This document shows positions 48,847 through 60,476 of a DNA stretch of 64,000 nt, in pieces. Location of the stretch: NCBI GenBank assembly GCA_905178155.1, contig CAJINV010000005.1:5731754-5795753 (forward strand), in the 5' to 3' direction. Source of the DNA: Amoebophrya sp. A120 (Eukaryota; Protista; Dinoflagellata). A model generated the notes under the pieces. The model ran no database searches. It saw only the letters and a program-made list of their open reading frames with translations, and was not told the DNA's origin. The position numbers and the translations under genes are program-made. The first letter of the stretch is position 1. Every line of letters begins with the position of its first letter.

Positions 48847-50848
48847 TGGGATTGGTAGTTCATCTTCTTAGTTGTCCTGCTACAACTACAAAACCTAAGC
48901 CTACTTACATACTCATGATCATTGCTGTTTCGGAACCACTAGGTTTATTCCTGCTTCAACATATTTTCAAAACGAATACTCATTGACGTCTCCTGTCTGT
49001 CATTTGTGGCAGAAACATGAGAAAAGAACTAGAAGTTCACATATGGCGATAGAGTAGAGGTAGATCTCGGTCGTCCTCGATCAAGCGACTTCTTGAGTTC
49101 AAGCGTGGATGCGAGAAACAATAGCAACCCACTTTACAACTGGAGCAAACTATGATCTGTCAACACCAGGTGGATCAATGGATTCGGTATGGAAGAAAAT
49201 AGAACTAGATTTAAAATTATGATCAAATGATCGCGAGCGTTTTCTTTCTTTTCTTAGGCCCGAATTAAAGATCTCGATGGGCTTCTCGGCGGATCATATT
49301 TCTTGGTCGTTGATGTTGTATGCCATCGAAGCAACGGGACCGATTTCAGATTTATTTCTGATCGAGGAAAAAGAAAAAGTGCATATGAAAACTAATTATC
49401 GAATCCTACTTAATGCACCGGATTAAGATATAACTTCAACTGCGACCAGCTACACTTACCCCAGCACTACAGCAAATTGCGGCAGATGCTTGACCTCGGC
49501 TTTCATGCCGGCTGCTGCTCATGACTTAGATTTTTCTGTTCACGGCTCTCGGCCTCATCTGTACAAGAAGGTGCATTTTATTTATTTCATCATGATTTTT
49601 TTTCGTCGAGATATCATCATGGCGTCTGCATTTAATATTTTCTATTCACCGTCGTGCTTCGAGATCGGAAGGTGCTACTCACCAACCTGTGAATATCTTT
49701 TATTCACCGTGCTTCGAGGAGATCGGAAGGTGCTACTTATCAACCTCTGTTGACTTGTTTATTTGTCATTCCTCAATTTTTACCGTTTACCATGTGACGT
49801 CATGACGATTTACATCAATCACAACTGCAGAACGTATATTCTAGGAATGCCTTGATTTGCAATTGTTTCCGTATGGACGAAGAGAAGCCCCTGCTGACGT
49901 CATTTATTTCATAGTGAAAAATCACCAGCGAAACGACTCCCAACGCCGATTACTGAATTTGGTGTGATGAAGTAGGTGGAAGCCCACCGTTACAATTGTC
50001 GAGCAGAAATGATAGATTTTGGATAGAAGTACGGCGCTTGTAGATTCTTCTACAGAAACTTAGAAGCTTGTAGAATATTGTTCTTAGTCTGGACCCCTCG
50101 TACTTCTACTTCTATTGTTACTTCTAATAGTACAAGAGTGCATTTTCGTCTGACAAACATCGAAAATATTTCAGTGGAGGTTGCCACGTCTGCGATTTGC
50201 TTTCATCGCTAAAAAAAAATATATATACAGATTGGGAGAAACGTAGGATTCTGTTAAGCTGTAAAATAAACGAAAACGTACTATATTTGATAATTTTCTA
50301 AAAAATTATCTTAATCTCATAAATATTGAAGAATTGATTCACCACCAATAATTTTTGGGCGACCTACCTGCTCGTGAAACCGAGAGTATCTGTTCGTCTT
50401 TGTGTAGCCACTTCTGCTGGTAAAGGTAATGCTGATAGATGGAGACATCGAAAGAATCGAAGTCATCCTGTACCTGTAGGTGGATTATCTTTTATCCCTG
50501 GAGTTCTGCACTTCTACTTTCCATCCTCAGAGTACAAGCGCACTAGCTCCTGCACGAAAAATGGACGTGGCTCAGTTTCGGATCAGTCCTGAACAAGAGG
50601 ACGCACGAAAAAAAATCATGCTTCTATAAGTTATTTACTTATCACTCTGACCTTACCATCTTCGAAAAAGATTCACTCTCGCGATGCTCAGTAAAGATCA
50701 GCAGAATAGTACTACTGAAACAGTTTGAAACTTTGAAAAGACAAAGTGGCCCTGCTTCATCGACTTCATAGGATAGCTGTTGCCTTTTTCTACGGTATTG
50801 TTCTGTCGACTGGACAATGCCAGTGGCGGACTTGCTGGACAATGCGAA

Positions 50849-50930
50849 AGCTTCAGAAGAATCCCCAAAGACTTCAGAAGACTCTTCAGAAGACTCTTCA
50901 GAAGACTCTTCAGAAGCTCTTCAGAAGCTT
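50849..50930. repeat. 12-nt tandem repeat (CTTCAGAAGACT)
   Basis: About 5-6 copies. Confidence 0.85.
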
Positions 50931-52154
50931 TTTCAAGTTTATTGCTTTTCGTTGCGCCGACGCCTATTTCTTCGAACGCAAACGCCAAAAAAGAGTATTG
51001 CTATTGCTCGACCAAACGAGTCCGCTGCTCTTTTTGCGTTCATATCGTGCCGACTCGTTCTTTTTTTTTAATATCGCTCTATCAAAAAGAATATCGCTGC
51101 GCCTGACAAGTGTCAAGGATTCGCATTTTGTTGTTGCGGATTTGTTTCAGGCGGTGAACGGCGGAACGAAACGAAGGCGGTGCTCTTGTTTGCTTTGAAA
51201 TTATGACAAGCGCAAAACTATCCTCTCGCAGCTTCGAGTATAATATACTCGAAGCTGCCACCAGAGGAGGCGAGCAAGCGCGAACTGGGGAAGCGGAACA
51301 TACGGAACAAGCCGGCACCTTGACCTTATCCAATCCTCAACAACAAATACAAAAATACTTGACGCACAAACTCTCTTTTCTTTCATAACCCACGGGAAGA
51401 ACAAATACAATGCTTGCCCCGCGACGCAGTCGCGGGGAGTGGTTCTTAAGGACTATTTTCTTGTTTGGGCTAGAGGGGCTAAGTCGCTTCCTTCTACTTT
51501 TTCTTGGCCATGAAAGTGCTCACAAACTTTCATTTTTTGCTCAAGCCAACCTTTACCACCTTTTGCCGGTGCGAGCACCACAAAGAAATACTGAGAAGCA
51601 AGCGTTGGAGGATTTTTTACGGAAACACAACAATGAACATCATTCACCTTGATGGCGACGGTGCAGCAGAAGACAGCTGCAGAAATCAAACACAGACTCA
51701 TCGATCTGATTTTCTTAAATGCGCGGCCCTTTTGATGGAGATGGTGCCACTACACGAGGACGGGCAGGAACATGATTCATGGCTTTAGTGCTTCAATATC
51801 GATTTTGCCTTGTCGTGCATACACATGGTAGTCTTGTACTGCAGCAACGCTTTATGTATATAGTTTCTTCTGGTCTTTCAAAAATCAACGCAAATCTTCG
51901 GGCGCGCGAGAAAGCCGCTGGAATTCATTTTCTCTCGCAATAGGTAACTCAGCTGCAAAGTCGCATTCGGTGCGCACCGAATAAAACTCCAACTCGGCCC
52001 TTGTTCATCCAGACGGAAGTAAATGTATTAATTGCATCTCGAGCTCCTCGACATAAGATGAAATCATCTTTCACATATAATATTTTCCACATCAACGAGT
52101 GCAGTGTATCAACAAGCGGAGGTGCAGCGCGAACTCCTTTAAACAGTTGAGAAC

Positions 52155-55100
52155 TTACAACACCATTTGATTTTCTAAGCATTTTCCACGAATGAAAACT
52201 AAGTGGACTAGGATTCCGATCAACATAAACGACCTAGGGCCGCCCTCGACGATGAACCCCGGTGGACCCCGATCCGGTTTGCTGCCGCGAGCCTCCTTCT
52301 GCGCCGGCGACTTGGGCTCCTTCCGTACTGCCCATGATATCGTCCTGGCTACTATTTTCCTCCCGACGCCGGCGCTGCCGGCGCTCGTTATGAATTCGTC
52401 GCCCGGTGGGAAATCGCCCTTGCGAGGGACAGAACATGACTTGCAGCGCATGAAGAATCCGTCTCAGTCTGTCTCTGCGCTGCGGAGAAGGAAATTAAGG
52501 AACTTTGTAAAAAGTGCGTACTTATTTATAGGTCCTCTGTGTCTGTTTAGTGTTTACGCCCAGAGGTGACTGGAGAGAACGACAGGAGTGCTTGTCACAG
52601 TCTTCGTGCTATTCATCAGCACAACTGTTGCGCTAATGATCAGCACAACTGTTGTGCTAAGAATACTGTTGTTGTCAACAACATATTGAGATTGACGCTA
52701 ATGATCCATCGGCAAAATTGGATGTCGTGCGCCGCTTACAAAAAAAAATGATGCATCTGAGTGCTGCTCCCGGTTGTAGAAGCCAGCACCTTCTTAATAC
52801 ATGGCAGAGCATTTCCCCTGGGAGAATTTCCCACCAGGCATCAAGATCATACCGCTCGTACTCGCTCGGCGACATCCCCATCGGAATGTCATCCCGCTAT
52901 GCACCGCAAGAATGCCATTATATCCAATAGAACATACAAAAATTTTCTTCCGGGAACAGCACCGACGCCACTGGTGATTGCTTGACAAAAACAAAATTGT
53001 TTCATGCATGACAAACTCCGGGTGTTTCATCGTTCGTTATTCTTTTTCATGATGCTGATCGAAGCTTGTTAGCAAACTGACCAAAAACCTCGCTCCTGTA
53101 TGGTGTTCGCTGAGAGCAGCTGCGCGCACTCGGTCTACGACATGCTTGCACAGGATACTCGTTGCTGGTCCACCATTGCGAGGTACGATTCCGTCGGTGG
53201 CGGTAAGGCGGATCTGATGTTGTTAAATCAATATGTTGGGCAGCACGGAAATAGGAAAAAATCAAGATGAGGACCATTCCATTGTGTTGCTGCATTAGTT
53301 TTCGATCCTTACCGCTCTTGTAGCGCAAGTACTGAAAAATACCCATTGGCCCGCATCCACTTGATCACTTCGTCCGTGTATGCAGCGGCGGAAAATCTTT
53401 CTCATGATCACCAAATTTATCAATCTGTAGCGTTCTTCATGCGTCATCAATGCGCCGCCTGAAAAAAAAGATGGTTGTGCAGGATTGCATTGGTTCATAC
53501 GTTATCGCAAATTGAAATTGATTGATGTTGATGAGAAACTACTTTTCCCCGCTCATACCGTGTACACCGGCGGTCCCTCGGGGCCCCAGGAGTCAGTCGG
53601 GGTACTAGCGCTAGCAGTCCCCCGTCCTCTATCCAAAAAAAAAAGACCCATGATCCTCATCCAGATTTTGCATGACAAACACAGGATTTGCTGCATGTTT
53701 TGCATGACAAGTTGGATACTAGGGAAGATGGGTGTTTTTTCCTGGATATCCTCGTGATTTGTCCGGAGGTGGAACATTCTCGGCGAGCAGTCTGACCTCC
53801 ATCGGAAGCTGGAACAAAGTCCTCCCGGTATCCTTGCTTTTTCCGACGGTCCTCGCCGGGGGAAGCGCTAATCCGGGAACAATGCCCACGGCAGGAGGTC
53901 GCGGCTCCCGCTGGTGCGCACCACCCGCGTAGTACTGCTCAATTTGTTCCACCAGGTGTCTCCCGGAGGAATCGCTTTGCAGCTGGTCTTTCAGAGTTAT
54001 GAACGGGAAGAATGGTTCGCAAGGGTAGTACCACCAACTCCAACATCAGCTGTTCTTGCTCTTGCAGCATGTCGCTGTCTGATGAGCATGAGAAAGAGCA
54101 AAATGTCAGATCTCGCTCCAGCGTCGCAAATTTACTTTTGTTGGCGGTGGTCAGGGCTGCAGCAACTAGGTAAGCGTACAAGAGTTACTAGTATTAGGCA
54201 TCATGGGAATAAGTACCCTCACCGCCTCCACCTCCTCACGTAAAAATATGCGTAATTCAAATTTTCTCTTCGTCAATGCAAAAACGGCATGACAAATTGC
54301 AACTAAACGTGGTACTACGGGTTTCCATACTAGTACGTCGCTTTCATAAATGTGCGGCGCAGTTGAGGCGGAGTCGTGCCGGAACTGAAGGTCTGGGGCG
54401 TGGTCTTAAACACCGTTTTCTGTCCGGAATCACCAGCGGCGACGAGCAGATGCAACCCGCCAGTGGATGCCAGTATCACAGGAAAAAGTAGTGTTAACGT
54501 CAACGAATGTCATGCAGGAACGCATGAAGATGTAGAAAGATGTAGATGGTGATAGACATCACTGGAATTTGTATTGCATACGTGCTAAGCAAAATACATT
54601 CTTCATGCATAGCTGCAATCTGTGAAGCTGACGACCGTCAGCAATCTGTGACGATAACACGACTTTTTATTTGGTTGATAGCCGGCTTTCCGGGACCATA
54701 CTTCTTTCCCACCTCGGCTTCCACGAAGGTGTGCAGAAAGTGGTATGCACCGCAAAGAAGTACCGCATTACGTAGCAACCCGATTTGTCCCTCTTGGCAC
54801 TCAGTATGAGTCATTTATTACTTACGTGGAATGCTAAATCGGGAGGCACGGTAGTACTTAGACTCATTTTGTCTTGTTTGACATGACTTTGTCATGCGTA
54901 ATTGCATGACACAGTGGTCCACCAGGTACGATTCTCTATCTCTACATCAGGATAACTGGAGTTCCGTCGTGTCGTAGTCCACTTGTAGTTCTGCCTCGAT
55001 CGCCGATATCCTGTGCAAAAGTATCGCGCTCGTAGTAATTGCATTTATGCATTACAAATCTCTTTCTGAAGGCAAATCAGCATTACAAATTCAATTTGTA

Positions 55101-55410
55101 ATGCAGGGCTAAGATGTGTATGCAATTTATACTAGTACGACTACGATGCTTTTGCATTGCATAGCCCCGCGAAACTGCAGTTGAACCGGTGTAGCCCACA
55201 CTCCCTCGCCGGTCAACAACGACGTGGCGAGGAAAAGGGGCAGGAGGAATCGGCACACGAAAGTTTTCAGCGAAAAGTGAAGGGCGTGATCCCTGGAGAA
55301 AGTCGAAGGATTGTTCCACATCTTCTTGGTCAACATGCTGGTCGTGTTCATCCGCGACCGCAGGGAAAAAATGCCGGCGGACGGGTCAGAAAATTTGATG
55401 TTTGTCATGC
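52155..55410 (-). CDS. multi-exon hypothetical protein with mixed introner and GT-AG introns (partial model)
   Basis: Spliced runs RGAIEAELQVDYDTTELQFLHTFVE...PASTGG and DKSRGRGT...VYTDEVIKWMRANGSALPPPTESYLAMVDQQRDDIPMGMSPSEY. Junctions near 54050-54350 and 52450-52750 are unresolved. Confidence 0.55.
52898..53157. mobile_element. introner (260 nt), DR CCCGC/CTCGT
   Basis: TATGCACCGCAAG...CTTGCACAGGATA; the frame is restored as QQR-DDIP. Confidence 0.75.
53214..53342 (-). other. canonical GT-AG intron (129 nt)
   Basis: Minus strand reads GTATTT...CTAAT...pyrimidine tract...CAG; removal gives RANG-SALP in frame. Confidence 0.7.
53379..53557. mobile_element. introner (179 nt), DR CCGTG
   Basis: TATGCAGCGGCGGAAAA...TTTTCCCCGCTCATA; the frame is restored. 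Confidence 0.85.
53630..53748. mobile_element. introner, family 7 (119 nt), DR TCCTC
   Basis: TATCCAAAAAAAAAAGACCCAT...ATGGGTGTTTTTTCCTGGATA. Confidence 0.88.
54474..54680. mobile_element. introner, family-10-like (207 nt), DR GCCAG/GCCGG
   Basis: TATCACAGGAAAAAGT...ACTTTTTATTTGGTTGATA; the frame is restored. Confidence 0.78.
54744..54954. mobile_element. introner (211 nt), DR AGTGG/ACTGG
   Basis: TATGCACCGCAAAG...CAGGATA; the frame is restored as ELQ-FLHT. Confidence 0.75.
55007..55163. mobile_element. introner, family 2 (157 nt), DR GCCGA/GCCCC
   Basis: Family-2 TIRs, close to 7338. Confidence 0.88.
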
Positions 55411-55485
55411 TGGGCGACAGGAGCACGACCAGCAGGTGGAGGTCGTATCTTCCTTGTTCGATGTGATGTCCTGTCAGCACTCCTG

Positions 55486-55678
55486 TATTCCACGAAAAAA
55501 GTGTTACAGTTACACATTTGTTGTCAATTCAGCAAGAACACAAATTTCTCTGCATGAAATTATGCAGAAATCCTACGGGAAAACACTTAGGTCTCGAGGC
55601 TCCTATGTATATCCGGCATGACAGAACTTGCTTGTCCTGCAACACAATGTGTAACTGTAACACTTTTCTTTTGCGATA
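55486..55678. mobile_element. introner, family-4-like (193 nt), DR TCCTG
   Basis: TAT...AAAAGTGTTACAGTTACACATT ... AATGTGTAACTGTAACACTTTT...GATA; the host frame is unresolved. Confidence 0.85.
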
Positions 55679-58510
55679 TCCTGCCTCGTAGTGCTACTAA
55701 CTTCGTGTAGTTCCAGTTGCTGCTCCAGCGCCAGAAATCAATTGTTATTGTTCGTTCTTGTTCCGCTTCTAGAGTAGTAGAGCCCTGCTAGGGGACGAAT
55801 CTTTAATGTTTCCTTCGTTTCCTTCGACGAGAGCTTCCAACGCGGAAAACGTCGTGTCGAGAATGGAACGTAAACTGCCGTGTTCCCAGAAAGAGTCGTG
55901 ACGAAGCGGTGTAATATCTTTTTGCGAGCACCACTGCTTCTCTAGCTTGTGTGAAGCTCCTCTTCTTGTTCTATGCAGCTCTTCTACCACCGCTGCTGGC
56001 CGACGTAGCCGTAGGGCTGGTGCCGATAAGGGTTGTACAACGCGTACTACTTATGGCAACACGTCTAGGAGATTTTCCGTTGAGTCTCCGGTGAAGCTGG
56101 AGCGGGAGCTCGAACTCTGGTTTTCGCGGCTGTGATAAGAGTAGAGTTGGGCGAGGATGCTGACGTCGTCGTCGTGCTGTTCCTGCTAGGAACTTTTAGT
56201 TTACCTCGTCTGGGTGTATAATTTTTCAGAAAAAATAAATCAAAATCTACAAAAAATGGCAGTCAGAAGGTGCGTCCAGTCTACCAAGAGCAACAACGCG
56301 AAGCTCTAGAAAACAAAAAAAGGACGACACAATCGTGGGCAGAACGGTAGTGAACCGGTCGTGGTTTTGGGGATGCTTTTTTATAACTTTGTGATGTAGT
56401 ATACTAGCTCGGATGAAGTAGTTTTCTTGATGAACCACGACTGCGATGAAACAACTAGTTTCTCGTTCTGCCTGTTGGCGTTCGTAGTCTAGCCACCATT
56501 TGTGCTCCTTTCTTCTTGCAAATCAAACAACGGAAACCTGATAGTCGGAACCGCTGAAGAACCATGTCGAACTGGGAGCGCTTCTGATCAAGTGGTAATG
56601 ATCTACAATTCAAGAAGACCTACTCGAGGTGGATCCAGTCAAGAGGAACATACGTTGCTTGCGCGCTACTACAGAGCAAGTTGCACCCGAAGGGGTGGAA
56701 TAACAGGCGGCGGAGAAGAAGAAGAAATCGAAGAAGACGGGTGCTGGTGTATTTGGTGATGTTGGTTTACTCGTTTTTGGTGATTGCAGGACGCAACGGA
56801 TGTTGTTAGGAAGATGTCATTGTCACACTAGTAGTGGCAAATCGCAATAGGATCTTTGGGAAAATCTTTGTTTTTTCACACACAGGATCTCCTGAGGAGG
56901 TACAATCACAGATACAGATCGGATCCAGACCCTCACTACGACCACCTCCTCGTCCAAGCAACTGCAACAGATATAATAATTGCAGTGGAGGGTGATGTGA
57001 TCTTCATGATCAAAATCAAAGAGGCCGCAGACACGAGCGTACCAGATCCTCATGTGTGTGGATCCAAGGGCAAGGGCAGAGACCTCCAATACTGCCCCGC
57101 GTACTTACTGGAGAAAAATGGGACGAGATCGACCTGCTCGAATGGGAACAGAGAACGAACACCTCAGCCGCCTCAATAGTCGGCTGCGAAAAGAAATAAA
57201 CCTCGCAGACGTCGAGGGGTTCAATACAATATCCATGCGAGTGTCCCGGAGAAGTAAGTATCTGATCGGATTCATCTTAGCAACCGGAAACGAGAATTGC
57301 ACGTCTGCGATTGTTAGATAAGATCAGCAAAATAAACCTTTTTCCATCTCGCAATGTCTCCGAGGTGTGCTGCATACAAAAACAGGAGAGCGACACGGCG
57401 TCAAATTAGAATTTCGACACAACTGAAGCCCGCAAACATAAACATTGAAAACAAAGAATCTACCAGAGGAGACACTTATTTACTTCGTTTTACTACTAGA
57501 AATTCGGTTGTATCTACTTCTGTTCTTAATCTTATCCTATTCCTAGTTGTATACCCTTATCGTTTTTCTTTTTTTTTTTTTGAGCTTCTCTTTCACTGAA
57601 TGTGTAGGTGACGCGTTCTAGTCATCGATACTTGTGCGTTTACAAGATAGAAATAGTTGCAAATAATGGAAACATCATACATCACGAGGAAACAGAGACG
57701 GTCAAAAGCCGAACATATGTGGTTCTTATGGACCACGCCATACACTTGGCTTTTATCCTTTCTTATTCTTCAGTAAATGTAAATCACATATAATAATTCG
57801 TGAATCACTTGCAAAAACTGCGAACTGCAGAAACACCGGAAACTTCAGCCGTGACAACCTCCTAATGCCGGAATCGGCTGGCAAAACTTTGGCAATGATT
57901 TATCTTCGAGTTTTTTCATCGCCGCGACTCCTGGTAAAGTATTTTTTGGGGTTTGCGGTTACGGTTTATCATTGTCTTCCCCCTAATTATCAATCCACAT
58001 GCAAATGCATCTTCCATCGCCATCATGATCATGCCTGAGCAGGTATGGAGGAGTGAGAAGCTTCAAAAGAGACACAAGCAAGAAAACACGGAACACGCCC
58101 TCGAGACAAACGATACTGTTACTGAGTGCCTTCGTCTGGTTACTTGCGCAACTCGTTGTGCGTGACCGGGACGAACGCAAAAAAATAAAAAAAAATAAGT
58201 AAAAAATCCTGCTCGAAGATTGGAGCTGAAGGAAGTTTTTTTGTACCTGATGATCTCGTGGTACGGCTCACAAGTTTTGCACAGAAGCTTCACCTTCTGC
58301 TTCTTTGGCTGGTCCCGCCGAACTGCTCGTCTTAGCTGCAGGGTCATGGGAAGAAAGAACTGTCTTCGTCTCAGGTTTTTGTGCACTGGACTGAAGTTCC
58401 CTCTTGCGATGATTTTTCGTGATGCTAGCTCGACATGCAAGAAAAAAACAAATCAGATGGCTTTTGATCGTGTGCTCTTCTCATGATCTTTGATATTGAC
58501 GCGTCGCGTA

Positions 58511-59011
58511 TCATCTTCCATGTCCGTCTGAGCTGCTGAATGAATGTCCAAAAGATCTTGCACGAAGACAGCTTTCCTGGCGATAGTTGTACCCTGGGTC
58601 GTTCGCACAATCCACGGTCGGCGTGTACCCGTGCTTCATGTCCGCCGAGGCGTTGTCCGGACCCGCAGCGCCGTCGTGCGATTGGCATGTGATCATGTCA
58701 TTTTTATGCTTCTCGTTGTATTCCCTGACCAAACCCTTGCACAGAAACTTGCACCTCTCGCCGCCATCGCATCCTCCGAAGTCTTTTTTGATCGGGGTGG
58801 GAGGGTTTTCTCCCTGGTAGCATTCGTGTGACGCGTCGTTACCGGGCGTAATCGTGCCCAGTTTCTGCATTTCGACTTCCAGCTTCTGCTGCTGGATTTG
58901 CGTCCGCGTCTCCACTTTGCGGCCCATCACCACAACGTCAACACCACCCGGGCTGGTCGCACAGGCCACACCCAGAAGAAAGGCAATACGTGGCCTGGCG
59001 ACGCGCATCAT
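58511..59011 (-). CDS. small Cys-rich, possibly secreted protein (166 aa)
   Basis: ATG-initiated ORF in an AT-richer context, with a hydrophobic N-terminus (IAFLLGVACA) and several Cys. Confidence 0.55.
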   Translation of the reverse strand: MMRVARPRIAFLLGVACATSPGGVDVVVMGRKVETRTQIQQQKLEVEMQKLGTITPGNDASHECYQGENPPTPIKKDFGGCDGGERCKFLCKGLVREYNEKHKNDMITCQSHDGAAGPDNASADMKHGYTPTVDCANDPGYNYRQESCLRARSFGHSFSSSDGHGR

Positions 59012-60476
59012 GCCGTACAGAATGTTTGTCTTACTTATTTATTTCAAGAAATTATTAATAAAATCAAGTGTTGAATAGGTACATACACAGGGGACACTTA
59101 AGAACAGAGATGCAATATGTATCATGCACTCTGTCCGCGATGGGGTAATTCGCGTCCTGTGATCATGAGCGAGTATTCATAGACGGAAATCAAAGTTACC
59201 TTTATAGATAATTCAAAATGCTGATCTTTGTCTTTCTTCAAGTCCTCAGGAGGTGTCAAACCAGACCGACCACGACCAGATGAGAAATCGCGAATCAATA
59301 TACGACGTTGACCGACAAGAAGTAGGCTGTGGCTCATCTCCACTCTTGATGCTCACCAAATCGACCGAATCTAATTTTTGCCACACGAGAAAAAATAACC
59401 ACGCAAGCGGTGATTACGAGCATGACAGAAATCATCCAGCAAGAGATCAATGAACCGAACCTAACCAACACGGGGACCACCGATGTTGAGAAAAGTAAAA
59501 ATCAACTCGCTTTGTTGATGTTCCACGACCGACCATGCACGACTTTTAACTTTGCAGCTTCAAGGAGCAACCGAAATAATGGTCATGAAGCACTACCGAC
59601 ACACAGTTCATCTTCAATCAACATTCTGCCACCACAGTCACAGACACAGTCACAGGTTCCGTGCGCGACGGGACTAAAAGTTGATGTGTCTATCCACGCC
59701 CATTACTGTGTCCAACAGAGACAGCTTGTACAGGTTGCGACTTTATTCGGTGTTTAGAATTTGAATTTCATCTCTGACGGGCAAGGAAAACGAAACTTCA
59801 AGACGATACATACTATGTGTCACACAGGCCGACGGGTGCGAGTCTACTGAGCCAAACGTCTTCCTCCTCGAAACATTTCCTCTGGCCCTGGACAAAGTCG
59901 TGCAGCTTGTTGCAGCAAGCGTATGACCACCTCCACAACGTTCTCGTAGTTCCAGTTTGGGTAATATTGCAAGAAGACGCTGCTTGCTTCGTCGTCGTCC
60001 CAATTGAACGAAGAAGGAGCTGCTCGAGGTCGCTTCTAATGGTAATGGTAACTGTTTCCGCCAGTCTGGCACTGGCAAATAAAGTTTATCGCTTTGCTAG
60101 CTCGCATTGATTAGCTTTTCTCAAATTGAAATTGAAATTTGTCAACATTATTATACATTGACGAGGACGAAGATGTGTGAGTGTGATAGCGATGCCTACA
60201 TTAATAGCCTGACTTTTCTCATAAAGTTGAAACTTCAACAACATCAATGCTGGCTGAGTACTATCATGAAATTGAAACATAAGCTGTGCGTAAAATGAAA
60301 AAGAGAAAAACGCGGATAATCACAAAAAGCTAAAACTAACTAAATCGATAAATTGTCAGAGTGAAACCACGAACATGGGATGCGACCAAACTCAACTACT
60401 GTAATTATAGCAAAGTCCCGAAATGAAAAGCTTCAACTTCTCCGAATTAAACATGAGGTTTTTCTGCCCTGTAGGA

